Assembly (NCBI GenBank): GCA_951406725.2
Contig: OX597826.1
Span: 60,016,001 to 60,080,000, forward strand
DNA: 64,000 nucleotides
Reading direction: 5' to 3'
From: Octopus vulgaris
Lineage: Eukaryota
The position numbers were made by a program, and so were the translations under genes. Below the pieces are notes generated by a model. It was not told where the DNA came from and did no database searches. It saw only the letters and a list, made by a program, of their open reading frames with translations. Shown here one piece after another: positions 27,869-39,269 of the stretch; the stretch's first letter is position 1, and each line of letters begins with the position of its first letter.

Positions 27869-28147
27869 CGTTCGTCACCCTTTTCAAGCCTAGCCAGGCT
27901 CATGAGCCCGGTATTTGTTCCACCCTACCTACCCAGCTGGACAGGACGCCAGTCCATCGCAGCGTTACTCAAGAAACAGGAAGAGAGAGCGAGAGAAAGT
28001 TGTGGTGAAAGAGTACAACAGTCACCACCGCCGCCTGCCGGAGCCTCGACGTGCTTTTAGGTGTTTTCGCTCAATAAACACATACAACGCCCGGGCTGGG
28101 AATCGAAACCGCGATTCCGCTTCCCTAACCACTGGGCCATCGCACCT

Positions 28148-28150
<3 letters not shown>
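27869..28150 (-). mobile_element. SINE family C head and body 1 with a different tail (tail Y)
   Basis: The head/body matches 6690-6855. The tail gagtaacgctgcgatggactggcgtcctgtcc.. is unrelated to tail X. The head abuts (CA)n. Confidence 0.9.
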
Positions 28151-28228
<78 letters not shown>

Positions 28229-29205
28229 CATACATAATTGCATATTTGTTGAAGATGAGATAGAATGACTAAATTCTAATTGTATTGAGAACATTAATTG
28301 TAATCTGATTTGAAATATTTTTTGGATCTAAGTTAACGTTTACGAATTCCATGCAAGGACCATTTGGTATAAATTAACCTGTTGACATGTATTGCAATGA
28401 TATATTTCAACATATCACAACATAACATTATAACAAGCAAACTTTGAAAGCTTAGTATGCTATGACACTTAGTAAGTAATTAAAGTGCTTTGGGTGTAGA
28501 AACGTTTATACGAGTTCTGACATGAAGCAGTTTCTGATATGGTTCAGTTGACTTGGATGCTCGGGTAATGACGAGAGCTGCTAATAACTCCACCTAATTA
28601 CAGTGATGCAACTTAATTACCCATATTTTTCTCATTACATCCACTTGAGAGAAAACTCTATCCTCTTTATATGGACCTCACCTATATTATGAAACCGGCT
28701 CTTCTTCACAACTTATTTGATGATGCTGTCAGCACACTCACAAGTGCGCCACCTGCTGCTACACATTGAGCTCCCAGGTAACGTTGTTGAGAGATTATTT
28801 AACACAGGACATGCAGAACATCTAGCTTTCTCACCGGTTAAATAACTAAAATTATATATAAGCTTTGAATGAAAGTGTGTTATTACAAACTACTGAGAAA
28901 ATAATTCTCTAATATTTTCAGATAGACAATATTCATATATCTGTCTGTATTCTTAACCTTGTTAGTCTATAGTAGTTATTAAAATAATTAGTGAGATTGT
29001 TCACAAAGAGACATGAAGCACTATTGACGAATCACTTGTACATAAGAAGAACTGCAATCCTTTTTGCAGATTTTTTTTTATTAAAATGCCTTCTACTTTT
29101 TACGAGAAGCACATTCATATTTATCTTTTCATACTTATAATGTATTACAAAAATTTCATAACACAAAATATTTTGGCGTCTTCTTATCCGTTTCTACGTC
29201 CGTTT

Positions 29206-29870
29206 AGCTTCGTCAGGATGGAATCTGCTTTGGAATTTTGGATCAGTAAATTCAAGAAGAAAAACAACCCCTTGAGCGGTAACATCATCCTTGAAAAAGC
29301 GCGGAAATTATACCAGCAGCTCGACAGAGGGGGCAGATTAGAAGGCACTGAAGAACCGTAACTAAGACCATTGACTGCACCGGAGAGCAAGGGATAGTTT
29401 TGACCGTTTCCACAAACGGTTTAAAATAAAATTTGTTTCTCTACATGGGAAGACAGCATTAGCCGACAAAAACACCGCCGAAAAGGGCCTCGAGACCTTC
29501 AGGTAGATGATCGAGGACAAGGGATACAAGCTGGAAGAGGTTTTCTGTATGGACGAGACTGGCTTGTTCTGGAATAAGATACCTTCCAGAATGTACATCA
29601 TAAATGCCGAAGCCAGGGTCTCAGCATTTAGGGCACAGGAGGACAGGCTGATGCTAATAACGTGTGGCAATGCTGCTGGCTACACGAGGAGACCAGGACT
29701 TATCTACAAGTCTGTGAACCCAAGGAACTATCAATCTATCTATATATATATATTTTACGTTATATGTTGACATTTATAAGCATTTTTCTGGACTACATCC
29801 AATATTCGCGGTTTTTTACTATTCGCGGGTGCTCTAGTAACGTAACCACGCAAAGACCGGGGGAATACTG
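29206..29870 (+). mobile_element. Tigger/pogo (CENP-B-like, DDE_1) DNA transposon remnant; transposase pseudogene at 29206-29727, probable 3' TIR near 29805-29870
   Basis: Reads MESALEFWISKFKKKNNPLSGNIILEKARKLY (HTH), SKG*FDRFHKRFKIKFVSLHGK, and EEVFCMDETGLFWNKIPSRMYI..DRLMLITCGNAAG..PGLIYKSVNPR. Contains stops and frameshifts. Confidence 0.93.
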
Positions 29871-29872
29871 CG

Positions 29873-30085
29873 ATCCTTTCTATTATAGGCACAAGGCCTG
29901 AATTTTAGGGGAGGGTAACGTTCGATTACATCGACCCCAATTCTCAACCGGTACTTATTTCATCGGATCCGAAAGGATGAACGGTAAAGCCGACCTCGGT
30001 GGAATTTGATCTCAGAGCATAAGGACGAATGAAATGCCACGAAGCATTTTGCCCGGCGTGCTAACGTTTCTGCCAGCTCACCCCT
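29873..30085 (-). mobile_element. SINE family A
   Basis: cctttctattataggcacaaggcctgaa..cgattacatcgacccc..gaaaggatgaacggtaaagccgacctcgg..ctaacgtttctgccagctc. Confidence 0.9.
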
Positions 30086-30164
30086 TTATCACCATTAATA
30101 ATAAAGAGATCTGGTGCACACACAGGGTCCCACGTTAAGATAAAACATCCAGTCGCTAATATCG

Positions 30165-30771
30165 ATTTCATATTTTGGCACAAAGCCAGACGTTTCGGCG
30201 TAGGTCGATTATATCAACCCAAGCATTCAACCGGTACATATTTTATTGAAACCCGAAAAAATTAAATGCAAAGTAGACACTGTCAGAATTTGAATCCTGA
30301 ACGTAAAGCCGAGCGAAATGCCGTTAAGCATTTCACTCGTTGTACTAACGATTCTTATTTATTTAGTGCCCACAAGAGGCTACACACAGAGGGGACAAAC
30401 AAGGACAGACGAACGGATTAAGTCGATTATATCGACCCCAATGCGTAACTGGTACTTATTTAATCGACCCTGAAAGGGTAAAAGGCAAATTCGACCTGGG
30501 CGGAATTTGAACTCAGAACGTAGCGGCAGACGAAATACCTATTTCTTTACTACCCACAAGGGGCTACACACAGAGGGGACAAAAGAAGGACAGACGAACG
30601 GATTAAGTCGATTATAACGACTCCAATGCGTAACTGGTACTTATTTAATCAACCCCGAAAGGATGAAAGGCAAAGTCGACCTCGGCGGAATTTGAACTCA
30701 GTACGTAACGGCAGACGAAATACGGCTACGCATTTCGCCCGGCGTGCTAACGTTTCTGCCAGGTCGCCGCC
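30165..30771 (-). mobile_element. Second head-to-tail trimer of SINE family A
   Basis: Units lie at about 30165-30355, 30356-30539 and 30540-30771. The junctions match those at 10.99 and 11.18 kb. Confidence 0.92.
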
Positions 30772-31622
30772 TTACGCAGTCGTTAATATCGAGCTTCGTA
30801 TTTCGGAAGTTCTAATATTAACTGTCCAGTTATAGAGATCAAACTCAGAACATTTCGGTTATTATCAGTCAGTTAGAAAAGAAATCACGACGTAATTTAA
30901 CAAAACTAAATACCAGTGCGGTTAATGATAAGAAGAGATAACACAAAGCATACAGATAAACCATAGATTCGATAATATTAAACTTAGTACTCTGCAGGTC
31001 CTCATATTAAATATTCAGTTATAAAGAATATGGCTAGAATCATTCGGTTAGAACCTAATTTAACGAAACTAAATAACAACGTGTCTAATGGTAAGAAAAG
31101 ATAATATAATAATTATAAAATAATAACACAAAATACTAAAATATATATCATTCTGATATGATTACATATTTCTTGGATATCACTAAAAAATATCTTGAAA
31201 TTGGAAATTAGGAAATTAACAAGTAAAAAAAATCATAAAATCATTTATACACAAAAGTGACAGCAAAATAACAAGGACCAAATATGGAAAGTCTAATGAG
31301 AAACACATGATATAACACACGCAGTATCAACATCTAAATATCACATTGAAATATCAACAAGAAAATTATCCTCGAGAGGAAATGATGAGAGATAATGAGG
31401 TAGAGAGGAAGTAGAAATTTTAAGTTTCTCGTAATATACAAATTAGTGATATAACGCAGAGGAATGTGGAAGTAAAAATCAACTTCGTAATATCAAAGCC
31501 AATTAGCTGGCTCTCTCATCTACAATCTTACATGGTTCCAAATCAGAAATCATATACGCAGTAAACGTGTATATGTGTATTACACACCCAAAGCACACAC
31601 ACACACACAGACACACACCCAA

Positions 31623-31666
<44 letters not shown>

Positions 31667-31764
31667 ACATACACACATATATTATATAGAATAAAAAGAT
31701 GGAAAGTATATTTGATTTATTGGGTACGACACATGTTTCGACCCGAAGAATTCCTCCATTATAT

Positions 31765-31851
<87 letters not shown>

Positions 31852-31860
31852 CATGCACAT

Positions 31861-31907
<47 letters not shown>

Positions 31908-32916
31908 TATATATATATGTATACATATATATATATGTGTGTGTGTGCATGTGTGTGTAATCATGTTATGTATATATACAGATATATATATATGCATACA
32001 TGCATTTTATATATGCATATGTGTGTGTATATCAAAATATGTAATTATATATTGTGTGCGTGTGTATGTGTGTTTAATATACAGATGTTCGATATGCATA
32101 TAAAGTTGATGAAAGATGATGCACTTGATGAAAGATTAATAAGGAAATGCACCGATCTACTCTGTTTCTGCTACAAGAAAGCATCCCACATATCAATATT
32201 ATACACAAAAACGCAAAAGGCATTATATTCGTGTTTGTGTATGTACGGATGGATGTGTATGTGTATACGCTTGTGTGCGTATATTTATGTATATGTTTGT
32301 ATAAAAATACGTATATATATATATATGTAATTTTTCAGAAGGAACTGTTTGACAGTAACTTCGAAATTTCGGCTTGCTAGCTGTCATTGTTAAACTTTTC
32401 TTTGTTAAAATTAATAAATAATATATACTTTCCTAAAATTACTGAGTTCCCTTTAAATACACTCCTTCAGTTTAATTTTAAATTATTTTTATACATAACT
32501 GCACATCAATATATTTATTGATGCATGTAAATACAAAGAATTCAAGTTCTCAGACTACATATTTTTCAATATAATTATTTGTATAATATTTTTTCCTAAG
32601 GACACAGTCCTTTAAATTTCGAATAACGTAGTTAGTGCATTACATTAACCCCCACAATTCACTGATACTCTATTTTATCGATCACAAAAAAAACATAAAT
32701 AAAGCTAATGATTTTGGCGGGATTTGAACTCCAAACAATAACTTAGTATAACTTAGTATAACCAGTGGAAGAGGTTTCTTTTCTTTTTATTTTTGCCGAC
32801 TCAGCCAATCCACTGCCGACGAGACCGATATGCATGTTCCTGAAGAGTACGATGCTTTCAATTACTGAGAATCTGGTTTTTGGATCGGATCAGCTAGCCT
32901 CTTAATGAATTTCATT

Positions 32917-33303
32917 CGCTCTTTTACTTGTTTCAGTCATGTGAATGTGGCCATGCTGGAGCACCACCTTTACTCGAGCGAACCGACCCCAGGACTTATT
33001 CTTTGTAAGCCTAGTACTTATTCTATCGGTCTCGTTTGCCGAACCGCTAAGTGACGGGGACGTAAACACACCAACATCGGTTGTCAAGTGATGTTGCGGG
33101 GACAAAAACACACACACAAACATATACACAACATGAATATATACATATATACGACGTGCTTCATTCAGTTTCCGTCTACCAAATCCACTCACAAGGCTTT
33201 GGTCAGCCCGAGGCTATAGTAGAAGACATTTGCCCAAGGTGCCTCGCAGTGGGACTGAACGTGGAACCATGTGGTTTGAAAGCAAGTTACGTACCACGCA
33301 ATC
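32917..33303 (-). mobile_element. SINE family B
   Basis: Reverse complement of the 19183-19626 type. A degenerate family A copy lies at about 32630-32818. Confidence 0.92.
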
Positions 33304-33685
33304 AACTTCTAGTGCGTTAGTCCCACACTTTCCTTGTCTCTAACGTCCTTCTACAAGGATAAACATCTCGACTGTGATAGACTTTGTAGAATGTGTACAA
33401 GCATAGATATTCTGCTAACCAAGTATTTTCCTTAGTTTTGTCTTTATTTATAACATGGATCAAACCCTGAATGTGGGTAAGCTATAGATGCATAGTTCAA
33501 TACATACCATCACAGGTATTCCATTCGTGACCTACTCTTCATGTTTTAACGTGCAGGAAAAGCAGGAAGACTTTATACGTTGCCGTTTCTAAAAATGAAA
33601 ATATTTTATAAAGATTGAGCTATTATTTCTATTATTTCTATCACGTTGAACGTGATATAAGCTTACTTAAACTCATTCATATTTG

Positions 33686-33689
<4 letters not shown>

Positions 33690-33749
<60 letters not shown>

Positions 33750-33892
33750 CTATGTATGTATGTGTATATGCATAGATGGATAGATAGAGATAGAGAGCTT
33801 TACACACACTCACATATATATGTATATATATATATATATATACATACATAGAGAGAGAGGTGGGTGAGAGATAGTTGGATAGACAGATATTT

Positions 33893-33941
<49 letters not shown>

Positions 33942-34065
33942 CATACATAGAGAGAGAGAGAGGTAGGTAAGAGATAGTTGAGTAGACATATATTTACACA
34001 CACACACACATACATATACATATACACTTGAGTGTGTATGTAGCTATACAGAGAGAGAGAGAAAA
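33690..34065. repeat. Microsatellite block with a ~125-bp-period duplication
   Basis: acatacatagagagagaggtRggtRagagatagttg..tagaca.atatttacacac occurs twice (about 33842 and 33941). Confidence 0.8.
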
Positions 34066-34529
34066 CTGTATATATATATGGTAATTGGTTCTAATTTTAT
34101 AATAGAACGAATAAATTCTTAAAGCCTTGCAGCGTATCTGCTTTCAATGTGTACATTGACTCTTCAAACTCTTATTTCCTCGTTCACACTTTTACTAAGA
34201 TGCAAACAACATACATTACACCATTAAAAAAATGTCTCTAGCATTTTCAAATTTTAGACTTAATTTTTGGCTCACCAGTGAGGTTCCACGTGACCTCAAT
34301 TGGACTGACGTTGCTAAAATTCAACATTTCTTGTGGCTATTTTATGCCATTCATGCTGTTTACTGTTAGCATCTTCGTCATACTTTGAACAACTTTCTAG
34401 AGTGCATTTGAGATTATAAAAATAGTTATTTTAAACTTCTCTTCGGGGCTTGTCTTTAGCTTGCAGCAAGCACGCTGCTTTGTTCTGTAATAAAGTCATC
34501 CCTTTAAATACTCTCTCTGTCTCTCTCTG

Positions 34530-34688
<159 letters not shown>

Positions 34689-35149
34689 GTTATATGTTTC
34701 TACCTCACTACTCGCCACATCCGCACGCACCGTGTTATTTTATCACATTCATATTTACTGAAATTTTCTTCTTGAGAATTATTATGCGGAATTATGATTC
34801 TGGCTGGCATTTGCAAGAAAATTACATACCTATTTATAAGGAAAATTAGATATTTGTAACCTTTCATGCTAATTCTTTCTTGTGCCTGCGAGTGTCAGGC
34901 CACTTAGCTCCATGATTAAGCCATTCTCTCCTTGTCTGCCTCCTTCCCTGCCACATGTAAAGCACATGATGTGAAGATATTTGTGATTCGTTCAAGTTTC
35001 GCTTTAATTATTCAATTCTTCTTTCCTGTAATTCATAGAAGGTCTGGTATGGTCTGGTTTGAAGCCGTAGTGCTCTAATTAGGATATTAATAAATATCAT
35101 AACGTATATCTACTTATCCTTAAATAGAACACACTCTTGAGGGTTATGA

Positions 35150-35810
35150 AGTGATTCCATTCTTTTTCGTCTGCACTTTCTCTTCTATTTGGACCTTGAT
35201 ATTCTGAATGACATCTCGTCGTATTGGAAGGCTTCCGAGTGATGTCTTACAATCTCTCGGGCACCTCTGGATAGCTTCAAACATCCGTTTGTTGCTTGTA
35301 AACCTTGTGATATTTCCGGACCAACGAAACTCATGCTTTCGGTATTCCACAAATGCATGGCTCAGCTCAATCCGCCCTGTTCACGAATTACCTCGTTTCC
35401 TTTATCCTTCCATAAAAATATTTCTTACATGTATCTTTCTATTGGCCATCTATTTCGTAGTCAATCGCCGTTCTCCTTGTCCGTTGTAGCTCACATCATA
35501 CGTCGCTATATGAGTAGACTTAAGTAGTATTATTGAAGAGATTGATAAACAAGAACTTGTCCATCAGGGATTGTAACTGAGAGAAACTGTATCGGATTTA
35601 CCTTTACGCTGTGAGAGATCTTAGGGTTAATGTTTCGAAATACACTTACTGGCATTCTCAGGTAGAAGTTCTCTTTCACGTTCTTTATTTTGTCAGTTCC
35701 TTCCACTAACCTTACACTATGTATTTCCATGCGGTTTATTTCAAGGCCTTCTGCTGAACTCTGGGTATCTATCTCTGTCAGCAAGAACTTCTTCATTTCA
35801 TCCACGAAAT
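35150..35810 (-). pseudogene. RTE-clade LINE reverse transcriptase C-terminal fragment
   Basis: Reads LLTEIDTQSSAEGLEINRME..IKNVKENFYL and RKHEFRWSGNITRFTSNKR..IQRCPRDCKTSLGSLPIR (compare KWRWAGHIAR.TDNRW...W.PR..KR..GRP..RW). Confidence 0.8.
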
Positions 35811-36296
35811 TATCTGATTTTAATTTCTATATTAGTGTCCCACAACAATGTAGTCTCTATTTTACAATTGTTGACATTAATAGAAAATCACGGGAAAAAA
35901 GTAATTAAATCAATATCAGTATTCTCACTTACAAAGCACATTCTTCTAATTCATGAAAACTTACTGAAAATTTCAACTTTAATATTTCTGGCGAGACTCT
36001 CCTCTCCCTCTCGTCATTCAAGCCACTTGTTCCGTGGCAAACATCTTCTCACACAAATCTTTCCCCCTTTCTCACACGTAGAAAATATATTATCGTGAGA
36101 TGTTTTTGAGTAGTTGATGGTGATTTATTAACTATATAATTTCCCATTCGAATAATTGATGGAACAATTTCGTTAGGAACTACGGTACTCCGCGTTAAAT
36201 ATTATTAATAATAGAATGTTTTATTAAATTAAGTTTTTGTTCATGACAAATATTTCTTCCATATATTGCTATTTTCATTTCGATAAAGTACTATAC

Positions 36297-36344
<48 letters not shown>

Positions 36345-36483
36345 TATGGGATTATATTTTCAGAAAAAAATTTAGATTCAAATGCATATGGTACTTTATT
36401 TAGATGCACCAGAATTTTTTATGGTATTACCCATAAAATTATGTGGGGTGATTGCTTATTTTTGGGTTATATATAAATATATA

Positions 36484-36528
<45 letters not shown>

Positions 36529-36950
36529 GTATGTATGTATACATCATTAATTTATATATATAGTAACTATGGAAGACTGGTGGGATTATTATTTGTATTG
36601 ACCTGATGTTTGCGTGCTATTTAGTATATAGTTTAGTTATTGTAGGTTTACTATTAATGCCGATACAGATGCACATAGAGAAAATGTGTTTGAATATAGT
36701 GGAGTTTTCTTTTTTGCATGTTTGTTCACAAACAACACTTATTTTTGTGCTGTTGACACCGCTGCATTGAATGGTAATGCCCACGTGTCGAAACCATAAT
36801 CATGTCTGTGGGGCAGCTGATGATGGAGGTATGTTGGATTGTTGGTATGACTGTTTTTACATAGGTACAATAGTGTTATAACACATCCTTTTGATATATA
36901 TATATATATATATATACATACTCATATAGATGCACACAATATTTACATCT

Positions 36951-36995
<45 letters not shown>

Positions 36996-37412
36996 AACAG
37001 TAAGGTTTAAAGTTTATGTCAAGAAAGCAAAACAAGTTTAGAAGACTAAATAAATTTTTTCCGACAAATTCAATATGTTTGCAAAATTCACTCATTCTGT
37101 TTTGAAAGTTCTATCTTGAAGCATTAGAGCTCCTTATAAGTCAAAGAATGTGTACAAAACGTACAGTATGATAGAAAAGGTGTAGCCTGTGTCATATCGT
37201 ACTTATCTAATACAGTGCCGAACGATATTAGTGGAGACCTGTTTTTGTAGCTATATTCAATAGACAAGACTATTATATAAAGGATAATTTATATATATAT
37301 ATATATTTATCACTAGCTCCTACACACATTTTTCTCTCCTTGTTTTTTCTCTCCTTTTTTTCTCTCCTTTTTTCCTCTCCTTTTTTTTCTCTCCTTGTTT
37401 TTTTTCTACGTA

Positions 37413-37450
37413 TCTTTCTGTCGAAGGGCGTAGCCTCGAAACGTAAAATA
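37413..37450 (+). ncRNA. Degenerate minimal type-I hammerhead motif in a Penelope-type terminal piece (about 37390-37548)
   Basis: ttt-CTGTCGA-agggcgtagcctc-GAAAC-GTA-aaa. The core has an A->T change. It is followed by ttcctgagcg, like the 47.1-kb copy. Confidence 0.5.
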
Positions 37451-37899
37451 CTTTTTCTATTTCTATTCCTGAGCGCCATACTAATACATTTGTTTGTTTG
37501 TACTCTATCTGCCTTCGTCTTTTGTTTATTTTCGTAAACCTTCCCGTTATATATATATATACATATATATATAAAGCAAATAAGTATCAAGGATGTCAAG
37601 GTTTTAGTGCATTGCGGCTGTTTCAGGTGGCTCCATTTAATCGAACAATGCAAGCATTACATCGATTTGAAATACACCGCCATCTTCGGATGCTTTTAAT
37701 ATAGGTTTTCCACATAGAGGATGCACCATTATAATTTTGGGCAAATATTTAATCTGAGGTAGAGAATGAAAAAATTACACGCTGCTATTAACGCAGCAGA
37801 ATGAAACTAGAGAGAAAATACCGTAACTATAATTTGGAGTGGCACGAGGTGTGCGGATAAAACCGGATTGACGTGGTGCATCAACTTATGTACGCAATA

Positions 37900-38060
37900 A
37901 GAATCTACTTCTAGCGTAAGGGTGTCTACCTAGTGGTTACCCCCTCTTATATGTACATAATACAATTTTACTGAACCTTCATTTTTTTTATACGCTAGAC
38001 TACTGTGAAATTGATGTTAATTAAATTAATATTAAATTTCTCACCGTCATTTTAAATTTA
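37900..38060 (+). mobile_element. Direct-arm-plus-tail copy of the inverted-repeat element family
   Basis: atctacttctagcgtaagggtgtctacctagtggttacccctcttatatg..tttactgaaccttca..aaattgatgttaattaaattaatat matches 43805-43965 and 55550-55707. Confidence 0.8.
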
Positions 38061-38069
38061 TATATAGCA

Positions 38070-38116
38070 AAAACTGTCCGATGAACGGCAACGGGAAACT
38101 CAGAGTAACAGGTTTT
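38070..38116 (+). ncRNA. Type-I hammerhead ribozyme motif, one core substitution
   Basis: aaaactgt-CCGATGA-acg gcaa cgg-GAAAC tcaga GT-A-acag(g)tttt. Stem I is aaaactgt/acag.tttt, and the core has U4->C. Confidence 0.6.
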
Positions 38117-38489
38117 GTTGAATTTTCTGCTGCTTTAAATAAAGTATATATATGTATATATATTGTTAAACTGTTTATGAAGTATGATATAACTATATCT
38201 CTCTCGGCATAATATATTATGTATTAAAAGTGGAGCAGAGAAGGAAGATTGTTACAGAATGTCTTAATCGTAACAAATTTTGTAAACTAGAATTCCTTCA
38301 GTTTGCCGGGAGAAGATGCTTTAATGTTTCAAGACAAAATGAAAGTTAGTTTGCCCAATTTCCTGTTCTTTGAAGTTGTGATATGCAATGATTCAATATA
38401 ATTTCTCATATTTACAAATACTAATACTTTAATATCAACGGCGTTATTGTTTTGCATTGAAGATCTTGAAATAAGGGGGAACAAGCAGT

Positions 38490-38835
38490 TTAAAATTCTG
38501 TATTTTGCGGCACCTTGAGTAAATGTCATCGAGCAATGCCGCAATGAGTGAACTTTCTAATTGGAAACGGTAAGGAAGCTCGTCATGTGTGTGTGTGTGT
38601 ATGTGTGTGTGTGTGTGTGTGTGTGAACGTGTGTGTTTATGTGTGTATCCGACCTCACAGCCGCTCGAAAACCGGTGTTGCTTTGTTTATATCTCAGTGG
38701 TTCGGCAACAGAGACAGACAAAATAAGTGCACTACTAAAAAATACGTTGAGCACTCGACCTCTATGATTAGGATCCCTTAAAGCCATGCCCCAGAATGGT
38801 CACGTTTCAATAACTGAAACCACTAAAAGACAAAG
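38490..38835 (+). mobile_element. SINE family B, degenerate
   Basis: gcggcaccttgagtaaatgtc..ggaaacggtaaggaagctcgtc..(TG)n..ggttcggcaacagagac..aactgaaac. Confidence 0.7.
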
Positions 38836-39269
38836 AACACGTCATATACTACATTAATCTAATGATCCCCTCTTCCACATTTTGCAACACGCTGGTGTGG
38901 GATTTGAGGTTTTAGGTGCTGTTTCTAGCAGATGGCTCCACTACATGAATGCCTCGTCATTGTAATGGGTGGAATGGTTCTTATTGAAGAAATAGTTAGA
39001 CTGATGATGTTTTTTTGTTTTTTATTTTCTGAGAAGCTGACACCATTAACTATTCGTCTTTACCGCTATTTGCACCTCATCGAAACATAAATATAATTAA
39101 AGCCATTCCATGCATGACCATCCTGCTTTTGTATTTCAGTCAGGTAGCTACGTTATCTAGCATCTGCCTACCTTTTCGGAAGACAATAAAATGTAATTTG
39201 AGGGGCATTTGGCTGCTCTTGCTTGCTTTTGAAGCGAACATGTACAGGCTCCCTCATTGTTTCGTAATA

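Noticed and set aside
36780-36830. GAAAC..GTC..CTGATGA in type-II hammerhead order
   Set aside because: Stems I and II cannot be paired properly. At most it is a decayed remnant.
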